NCBI GenBank assembly: GCA_008632985.1
Contig: QPGO01000008.1
Span: forward strand, 124,001 to 165,896
Source of the DNA: Psammoneis japonica
Taxonomy: Eukaryota
DNA: 41,896 bases
Direction of reading: 5' to 3'
Shown: positions 34,301 to 41,896 of the stretch, piece by piece
Position numbering within the stretch: the stretch's first letter is position 1
Layout: each line of letters begins with the position of its first letter
Notes under the pieces: model-generated
Database searches by the model: none
What the model was told of the DNA's origin: nothing
What the model saw: only the letters and a program-made list of their open reading frames with translations
Position numbers and translations under genes: made by a program

Positions 34301-35724
34301 CTCACAAGGGTCCGAAGCTTAGTAGGGTTGAACTCAAGAACGACGATGTATATTATGGAATTTGCATCAAGTGCAACCGCAAGGGTGTCCCTCCTTCGGT
34401 TCTCAAAAGCTGGGAGGAGCTTCATGAGGAAGAGGCCCAGGAGGTTGATAGCACGGCTATGACGGCTAGCGGTCGGGTTCTTAAGGAAGAGTCGAACCAC
34501 TGCCAGTCTTGCGGTGTTCGAACTCACCGAGGTCCCAAGTTTGCTAGGGTCGAGCTCAAGAACGAAGACGTTCACTACGGAAAATGCATCAAGTGCAACC
34601 AAAAGAATGTTCCTCCTTCTGTACTCAAAGCTTGGAAAGAATTGCGTACCGTGGAAGCTGGTGATGCTCCACGTATGCCAGCCAATAGCAGCTCGCGAAA
34701 CTTGAATGAAGACTACAAGTCGAATCACTGCCACGGCTGCGGTATCCGCACTCACCGGGGTCCGAAGTTTGCTCGTGCCGAGCTCAAGAACGACGATGTT
34801 CATTATGGAATTTGCATCAAGTGCAATCCAAGGGCTGTACCGCCACAGGTAGTAAAGGCATGGAAGGAGAAGAAGGACGAGCCGGAAACTACAGACCCAG
34901 GTACGGATGATCCAAAAAACTTCTGCCCTACTTGCGGTGTTCGGACGCACACTGGCAATGGCATGCATCGCGAGCCGTTGAAGAACGACAAAGTGCATTA
35001 TGGTAAATGCATCAAGTGCAACTCAGAAGATGAGAGCGGTGGGATCGACAAAGGAGCGGCTATTGCTGCTGGTGTTGGTGGTGCAGCTGCAGGCGCTGCG
35101 ACGGGCGCTGCTATCGCCGGTTCGCCTTCCAAGCGTCGGGCTGATTTGACGATTGAAGAAGAACGGCGAGCCGACGACGTGAAGAAAGGCCTCTGCCCGG
35201 ATTGTGGCACAAGGACCCACAATGTCGGATGGTTCAACCGCGACCCGCTGAAGAATGCGGACGTGCATTACGGAGTGTGTATCAAATGCCATCCTAAAGC
35301 TGTCCCTCCTGCAGTGCTGGAAACATGGGAGGAATCGCACTCTAACCGCGAACTTCCTGGCGTGGTAGCGGCTACCAGCGTCGTAGCGAAGGATACCTCT
35401 GAAGAGAAGGCACCCGACACCGCTGAAGATAAGGTACCGGATACCGGTTACCTGGCGAGGACTTTCGACATTCCAGAGGATGTGATGCATTGGCTCGATG
35501 GAAATCTGAGCAAAGGCGATCTATCTGCTGTCGTCCTGGCTTCCGCCTCTGGCAAGCCCATTTCGTCTTACATGAAACCCTCGGGTGAAAGGCGCCGCCG
35601 CCGAAAGTCAAGCCATCGCAGTTCTTCTGAGGAAGTTGCCGCTCTACGCGCAGAAATGAGCGAAATGAGAAAGTCTATGAAACAGCTTGCGGACCATGTG
35701 GATCCGTCCGGAAGCGGGTCATAA
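31357..35724 (+). CDS. Tandem paralogue with 11 CxxC...CxxC repeats and 3 helical modules
   Basis: 1455-aa frame from gccATGg (frame is open from 31150); C-terminal half is collinear with the 27452 gene. Confidence 0.9.
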   Translation: MVEEEKKNTCATCGIRTHRGPKFSRVELKNDDVHYGVCIKCNPKNVPPSVLKAWKQKNPTETVSTAETPKEPKDSGDAASKSEKRVSIKEGEKKDAGEKPPAQKSSAAARPTVASSSSRSMTASQRSMNDEEKSNHCLSCGIRTHRGPKFARIDLKNVDVHYGVCIKCNPQNVPPAALKAYQEKASGGATAAAAATKTSKPASGGAAAGAAAATAAAAGKAATGSSRNLPVMPLSLEKELVQELSVSWSQAREYVVKAKADMSIGATDPVDSDMQAELKAKAKEYHAKNPNPKPITASSRKLVESDAAETTKASATKAAVAAAAGAATATAVAAGKASTASSRNLPVMPLSLEKELVQELSVSWSQAREYVVKAKADMSIGATDPVDSDLQAELKAKAKEYHAKNPNPKPLTASSRKLVESDAAETTKASAPEPAVAAAAGATAATAAAAGKAATDSSRYKPVSSRSLVSDEDKSNHCHSCGIRTHRGPKFSRMELKNEDVHYGICIKCNRKAVPPSVLKSWKETHEEEAKEDDDSAADSAAMTASSRALKKESNHCQSCGVRTHKGPKFARVELKNDDVHYGVCIKCNPKDVPPSVLKTFKEVRDTEVADAPKMPAASSSRNLNEDYKSNHCESCGIRTHRGPKFSRIELKNDDIHYGVCVKCNPNSVPPAALQAWKDKHGSEPKKAASGAPVVAAAAATAATVAAVGVTSNKPDSPAAKATTSSKPAAALAKEITTNKPVSVAAKETTTNKAVAAAAGGAAAGAAVGVAAASAMKKQSSVRRKSMEKELVEELDVSWSQARDYVVESKRELGIDENELDIDQEAKVKAKAKEIHAKNPEPKRLSASSRNMGAAAKSAETSDSTKKAAAAAAAAGGAAAAGAAATSSSRNLTASQRSLNEEEKSNHCTTCGIRTHRGPKFARVELKNSDVHYGICVKCHPKDVPPQALKAFQEKEPATASSRNLMAEEETANHCSSCGIRTHKGPKLSRVELKNDDVYYGICIKCNRKGVPPSVLKSWEELHEEEAQEVDSTAMTASGRVLKEESNHCQSCGVRTHRGPKFARVELKNEDVHYGKCIKCNQKNVPPSVLKAWKELRTVEAGDAPRMPANSSSRNLNEDYKSNHCHGCGIRTHRGPKFARAELKNDDVHYGICIKCNPRAVPPQVVKAWKEKKDEPETTDPGTDDPKNFCPTCGVRTHTGNGMHREPLKNDKVHYGKCIKCNSEDESGGIDKGAAIAAGVGGAAAGAATGAAIAGSPSKRRADLTIEEERRADDVKKGLCPDCGTRTHNVGWFNRDPLKNADVHYGVCIKCHPKAVPPAVLETWEESHSNRELPGVVAATSVVAKDTSEEKAPDTAEDKVPDTGYLARTFDIPEDVMHWLDGNLSKGDLSAVVLASASGKPISSYMKPSGERRRRRKSSHRSSSEEVAALRAEMSEMRKSMKQLADHVDPSGSGS
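31975..32720 (+). repeat. 348-bp internal tandem duplication (2 copies)
   Basis: CTCCCTGTCATGCCACTTAGTCTGGAGAAGG at 32041 and 32389. Confidence 0.92.
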
Positions 35725-36299
35725 TCGAACAGCTTCAGGTCTATTGTTAGTATGCGGTATCTCCAACGCATTGTTATTGTGGTGTAATTTAATGGTTTTG
35801 TTTTTGTTGAGTTTGTAAAAAGATATTGATGACAGGATGTGAAGAGTATTCTCTAGTAGTTATTGTTGTATGACAAAGTAAACAAATATCTATTTTTGTT
35901 CTCCTCCATTTCTTGAGTAGGACCACATCCAAATGAAGTTGACGGAGGAGCATTTTGAGCTCGTGCCTTCCGTTGAATGGAACTTGCCTGATAATTCTAT
36001 CAGGGTACGTACCAGTAGGAAGTTTGTTCTCTACCTCGAGTTCCGTAACTACTGCTGGGGAAACTTCAGCTGCGTTAACTCGGGTTCTGTCGACCGCTAA
36101 CCACGTCGAATTGGTGCGAAGTTATCAGTTGCGGCATGGAGGGACGAACGGATTAGGATTTCTACAGTACGTCAGTTATTTTCGTAGGCCATACGGTAGA
36201 CTACCACAACGCTGTAGGGACGTCACTTCGCCACGACAGATGACACATTATTTGATGCTTCACTATGATGATGGAAAGTCAACGGTTTCGATGGTGAAC

Positions 36300-38420
36300 A
36301 GTGCATTGACTCACAATTACACCTCATGAAGTTACAACTTTGTCCTGTGATCCTAGCCTGTTGTTTTTTCTGTGAAAATCAAACAGAAGCGCCCAACTTT
36401 CAGGCTGCAACAACATGTTGTGCGAGACACGCCATGGCCCTTCTCACCAGATGGGTCGAAGTGGCAAGTGGGGGAGCTTTCAGTTTACATGATCCTAATT
36501 GTTTAATGTTTTTGAGCCTGAATGAGTCCATCTGGCATCTCAAGCTCGAGTCTGGACAGATTTGAGCAAGATCACAATTTTTCTTGACCTCATGTCTCCA
36601 GGTCACGCAGACTCCAAGTTGGGCTTCAAGAGGGGCAACTCTGCTCAAGTGAATCATTCAGCTTTCAAGTGATCTTGTTTAAAAGAATGCCAGAGCCTTC
36701 TCCATTGTGTTGGGAACATGTTCAGGGGCCTTAAAGAGGGAAATGCCACACAGCAAGACAACTTTGCAATTGGACAATGTGGCCACACACTGGCTGGCTG
36801 CCAGCTGTGTGATGCACAAGAACAACCAGCCACAGCTGAGTTTGCAAATGATGCAGGCCAGTTGAAGCCAAATTCTTTGCTTCTTTGACTTGCATGACTC
36901 ACTGACAAGGCCCTATGGTGCTTGGTGTTTCAATCAAAAATTTTGGGAGATTGCCAACAGGTTCTGAAGAAGAGGGCTGCCCCCCTGCCGATGGCTGCAA
37001 GCACCAAGGGAGCTGCAGCAAACACAGACCATTGGAGAGATGTGAGTCAATGCAAGTTAAGTCCACTGATTGTTGCCTGTGTTTTTGACTGCATTGTTGA
37101 GCAAACAATGCTTGCAGGGCTTGTCTCTTTAACAGGTTTGTGCACTTGCGGTCGCTGGAAGGGTGCAATGATGACTCTCGTGGGGCTCCACTTTTGGGGT
37201 GATGGTGTGGCAGCAGACAGTTGGAGAGAAAGGAGACAACAAGAAAGCCCAATCTTGTCCATTGCCATCTTTGGCATTTCTGGTGCATGTGAGCAATGCT
37301 CGCAAGGCTGCATCCTTCAACTTGTGTGTGTGGAGATCACTGGCATCTGCAGGTGTGTCGCGCATTTGTGGTTTTCCCGGCAAGTTGTCATGTGAACAAC
37401 TCTGGGGATGTGTTGTGTTGTTTCTGGTCATTTTGTCCTTCTGTTGACCCTGAACTCTTTGCTTGCAGCCCCACACAAATGAGACAGAGCATGGCACAGT
37501 CAAGTGCAAGTGCAGTTGCGAGTGTTTTTCAGTCATGCCGCTGTTCATGAGGGTGATTGATTTTGTTGTGGCAGCTCCAAGGGACTCATGCACTTTGTCC
37601 ATCCTGGTCACTGCACCTCACTTCAACCACAAGATTGTTCATTTGTGGTGACAAGTGAGCTGGACTGGCCTGTCCAGCCAAGATTGGATGTTGCCTCTGA
37701 TGTGACAGCTTCTTTGGAAGAGTCTGTCATTCCTTTTGTTTGTGCATGTTTTGCATTTCCTGAAGGCAAAGCCACTTCCATCTTTGCAGCAGCAGTTTCA
37801 AGCCATTGGAGCAACAAAGATCCATTGACCATCACCCAGACCATCTTCTGGATCCACCCTGCTTCAGGGATTTTGTGTTGCCAGCTGTTTTTGAGACTGG
37901 CGCTGCTGCTGACAGTGAGTGCCAAATGTCATGCTGGCAGATGCTTCTTGCACTGTTGCAAATCATCCAATCTGCACTGTTGAGAGCTTTGCATCCATGT
38001 GTCATGATGGCAAAAGACCACAGCAGGGGTCTGACAGAAAGTTTCAGGCCAGCCTCATTCTTTCAACTGTCACACCTGCAATGAAAACACGTGCAGTTCA
38101 ATCTCACAGACATCAGGGATTCAACAAAGCATCTTTGAGAGATGAGCAATGTGTGCAGCCAAGCTCAACATCAACTTGGTGATTGATTGAATGTTGGAAG
38201 AATGTTCAGCCCACATGCTTGTGGGTCCTCACACCTGTGAACTGCTTCTCCTTTGTTTCCTTGTCTTGCCCATCACCACTTCTTTCATTGCACAAAGGTG
38301 CAGCCCAATTCCTTGAACAATGCCTCCTCAAGAATTTCTTGACTGCTCAAGTTGATCAGGCCATCATGACAACAGGGCCAAGGCAACAGATGCACTTTTG
38401 GGTGAGCTCTTGTTTTTAGC
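36300..38420. mobile_element. Decayed TpA-depleted sequence, probably transposon-derived, family not identified
   Basis: Same composition as the identified TE remnants; long Tyr-free frames broken by TGA; no motif recognised. Confidence 0.4.
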
Positions 38421-40059
38421 TCAGAATCGCCATTTTCTGATGTGTTTTCATCCCAGGTGAGAAACTTTTGGACACATCACGAGGTTTTCTACGTGTTTCT
38501 ACATGAGACGTACATTTGGTGCCAAAAATCTTAGTAAAAAACGAGCTCCATGACAGCAAAAATATGTTTTTCCATGTCTCGAACCACAAACCACAATTCG
38601 CGCAAACCGAAAATGGCACCATGCCGTCGCCATGAACTCGTCCATTCTTGCACCAACGGACGTTGTGACTGAGAAGGTGAGAATGCCAAGACAGGTCAAC
38701 AAGACAACGCTCAATACGATGATGTGGTTGAAAATTTGATCTTTGTTTTTTGTTGTGCCTTGTGGACAGCCTTTTGACTCATGATGTTTTTGATGCCTCT
38801 TTCTCTCTTCCTCAGCTTGCGAAGCAGGATTCTCATCAACGCGCTGCTCCATCTGCTTGACACCAGATGCTGACAACGAAGAATGTTTCTATGACACGTT
38901 GCTGTGATTCTTGTGATGCATCGTCCGCACTTTGAGTCGTCATGGATGACGCTTTTGGGTCGCGCGACAACATCAGATTTCGCTGCCGACAAGAGAATCG
39001 TTGTGTGTTCGGTTTTGAGGGTGTGTGAGGATAAAGAATCTCAGATGCAAGTGTGACAGTTTCATTGTTGTAAAGTAGAACAACACCATTGGCGACATCT
39101 CAGTGTTGCAGCCATTTTGTTTTATTCTAAGATAGAACCAGTCATTTTGAGCGGTGAAATTTTGTCAATGTTTCATCTTTAACTCCACTCAGGCATGTCA
39201 AATCACATGACAACCAGACACACATTGAACTTTGACGCTGCCATTTCAATCCCATTGTTTTATTCACTCAAGCATCCCACACAGGTCGACAAATCAGTCG
39301 ATCTTTGAAATGGCCGATCGCGCAAAAAAATCACGTGCGAAGTCAGTTCCCCCGATTTTTCTTGTGCAAATGACAGAGTTAGAACGCCGTTCTTTTTTGG
39401 TGTGAGCTCTTTGTACAATGAACAATGCGTACATTCTTTCAAAGCAGTCAGATTCGGTGAAAGAAACAGTAGAACAGTCTCTCAAATGCACCAGAATGAC
39501 AACAACGAGCAGACAGCTGTCAGTTTCACTCCAAAAAATGCCGCTTTCGAGACAGCGCTTTTCTTGTACGCACCCTTCAACCAATGAGAATGACAGCTGG
39601 CTTTTCAAAATAAACATGTCTGTGGAAAGAAGAAACGAAAAATCGGGGGAAAGTCCAGTCAGATTTGCTCGCACAAAAAGCACGGCGACGGAAAAGGGAC
39701 AGACGAAACGTCTCACCTCCGTATGCGCGTTTCTCACCTGGGACAGAACTGGTCATGATAGACCACTTCACGCTAGACCAAATGCAGACCACGCCGGGCA
39801 GCATCACACATATTTATATAATCATTTATGTCGTTTTATGCATGTGTGGGCCATGTTCGAATATAAAATATATCTGACGGCCAAACGAGAACCACTGTGA
39901 AAACCTGCGAGTCAATCTGGTAGAGCAGCGTACCTGCTCTACCAGAAAAAACATGTAGATTTCTACGAGACTCGCAGAAGGCACAAAAAATCAGCAGCCA
40001 ACGCGAGCAGCAACAGTCATCACTGCAATTGCAAAAACAAGAAACACACTCTCTGCAAC

Positions 40060-41487
40060 ATGGATGACATGGCAAACAACTGGGGTTGCAATCTTGTAAA
40101 TGTCAAGAGCAGTGGCTCCAAGAGGAGTTGGGAATGCATGGACAACAATGAAGCTGATCCCTTCAGTGTCACTGCTCTTGATGCCTTGGTTGAAAAAGAG
40201 TTTGGAGGAAGTTTCATTCTCTACAAAGCATTGCCAAATGGTTCTGATGCAAATCTTTTTGCTGTCAACTCTGTCACAACAGGCAATGATGAAGGTTGCC
40301 TTGTTGCATGTGGCAGCTGTGTTGCTGGTGATCATGGTCCTGTTCACAGTTGGGCTGCAAGTCTGTTCAGTGCTGACATGGGTCCATCAAAGATCATGCC
40401 ACCAAGCATGGTTTCTAATCAGTTTACGAAAAAGCACACTGTGCCATTTCCCTGTCATGTGCCAGGAACCATGAGCAATGAAGAGCTTGAGCAACATGAG
40501 GACAAATGTTTGCAGCATCTTCACATTCGGTGTTTGATTCAAAAAATGAAGCATTGCCCAACAACTGCTTTGCTCATGGAACTCATGCTTGCCAACAATG
40601 GTGCAACACTCAGTGACCGGTTTCTGTCCAGGCTTGGTAACTTGGCAAAACATCACAGCTTTGGCATTGTTGTAGATGAAATCATGACAGGTGGCAGAAG
40701 TGGGACAATGCTTCTTTGCACTGGGAAGCCAAAATCATTTCTTGAATCAGTCACTTGTGTCGCCATGGGAAAATGGCTTCAGTTGGGCATTGTGCTCACT
40801 GCATCTGTGCATTGTGATCAGCCACATGCAATGTCATCTTCCATTCCCATGCGTGGAACATCTGCCTTCATTGATTGCCATGAAGCCAGTGACGTGTGGA
40901 GGCGTGTTTCAAATGGGATTTCAGAAACATTTGATCGCCGTGAAGCAGCTTTGAAAAAGCCACAAGTGGAGGAGCAAGATGCACGGGGCACTGGACTTCT
41001 CATTTTTGCACCAGTCAAGCGTTTGGATTCATCTGAAGGCACCAAGAATCGCTTTTTGCCTTTACTCAGCTCTGACACTCGATTTGATTCAATCCATGTG
41101 GCTGAAGGCTTGGTTGATTTGTCAAGGAAAGCAATCAATGAGTCAATTGTCACAGGTTGTTGCAGTTGGTTAGAAGTTCTTCACTTGTCAAGCAGAGAAA
41201 TGGCTGGCAGCTACAAGACAGTGAAAAATTTGGTGGACAAGCCAGCAGGAAATTATTTTCAGACAAAGTGGTTGTTGGACAATGTGCTTGGTGGAAAGCC
41301 TTTTACAGAGAAATCCATTGAGACAATTCTTCATGAGGCAGAGGAAGTTGGGTTGTTGATGAAGGTGCAGAAGACCAAAAGATGTCTTCGTGCTTGGGAG
41401 ATTCAACCTGTCATGAATTCTCCTTGGAAAAAATGGCCAAGAAAAAGCGTGTGTTCTTCTGTGTTTTGTGCTAAATTGCTGGGATGA
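40060..41487 (+). CDS. Class-III PLP aminotransferase-like ORF, open but partly mutated (possible pseudogene or TE cargo)
   Basis: NGSDAN, GSCVAG (cf. GSYHG), ALLMELM, VVDEIMTGGRSG, MGKWL and RGTGLL, in the order expected for class-III aminotransferases. Confidence 0.7.
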   Translation: MDDMANNWGCNLVNVKSSGSKRSWECMDNNEADPFSVTALDALVEKEFGGSFILYKALPNGSDANLFAVNSVTTGNDEGCLVACGSCVAGDHGPVHSWAASLFSADMGPSKIMPPSMVSNQFTKKHTVPFPCHVPGTMSNEELEQHEDKCLQHLHIRCLIQKMKHCPTTALLMELMLANNGATLSDRFLSRLGNLAKHHSFGIVVDEIMTGGRSGTMLLCTGKPKSFLESVTCVAMGKWLQLGIVLTASVHCDQPHAMSSSIPMRGTSAFIDCHEASDVWRRVSNGISETFDRREAALKKPQVEEQDARGTGLLIFAPVKRLDSSEGTKNRFLPLLSSDTRFDSIHVAEGLVDLSRKAINESIVTGCCSWLEVLHLSSREMAGSYKTVKNLVDKPAGNYFQTKWLLDNVLGGKPFTEKSIETILHEAEEVGLLMKVQKTKRCLRAWEIQPVMNSPWKKWPRKSVCSSVFCAKLLG

Positions 41488-41896
41488 ACAAGTTACAACT
41501 GAGGATTTAAATCAGCACAGTCATCAGATTGGTTCCACCCACATTGCATCCCGCCAAACAGGTGACCATTGTCCCATGGTGGGAGTTGATGGCAGAGTTG
41601 GTTACCCTGCTGTGACATTGGCCACTGCTGTGACAGAGGCAATTGCAAATTCTGTGACAATTGGGACAAATTGATTGGGGGCACTCTTGCAACAGCCCCA
41701 GCATCCATCTCACACATCACATGATGGGAAGAGGACTTGTTGATAAACATGGTGATGGCACCAACTGTGAATGGACTTTTCTCAAAGTCAGGATCCACAG
41801 AAGCAGTCCCGGTCAGAAACAAGCACTCCAAGCAAGTTTCGTGACTTCCTGAGTGCACCCAGAGACATCGATGGATCACCACACCTGACATTTTTT

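Noticed and set aside
33901..34998. 365-aa antisense ORF (also 31899-32711 and 29911-30402)
   Set aside because: Shadow frames of repetitive, biased coding sequence on the plus strand.

Overview
This is eukaryotic genomic DNA, most likely from a pennate diatom. That is inferred from short GT-AG introns, a CoDi-type Ty1/copia gag, PT-repeat secreted proteins and an ASAF-like targeting motif. The window alternates between two compartments. (1) Normal gene islands (about 11.1-14.1 kb and 20.3-35.8 kb) hold an M64 metallopeptidase and an S8 subtilisin that share an unnamed 10-Cys module, a DUF1995-like protein, and two tandem paralogues built from CxxC...CxxC repeats. CTAG/TAG-rich tracts separate these genes. 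(2) Transposon graveyards (about 1-10.8 kb, 15-20 kb and 36.3-41.9 kb) hold copia, Gypsy, CRE/Ambal-like RT, Transib-like and P-like remnants, two MITEs and a class-III aminotransferase-like ORF. The main signal is that the dinucleotide TpA is almost completely erased from the transposon compartment, apparently converted to TpG/CpA. This is the reverse of fungal RIP. It is supported by Tyr->Cys/His changes in conserved motifs, TA-vs-TG/CA mismatches between TIR arms, TSD copies and tandem copies, and a young copia gag that lost TpA but kept CpG. Together these suggest a transposon-targeted A:T->G:C hypermutation system. All family calls come from motif recognition by eye, and all counts are manual.
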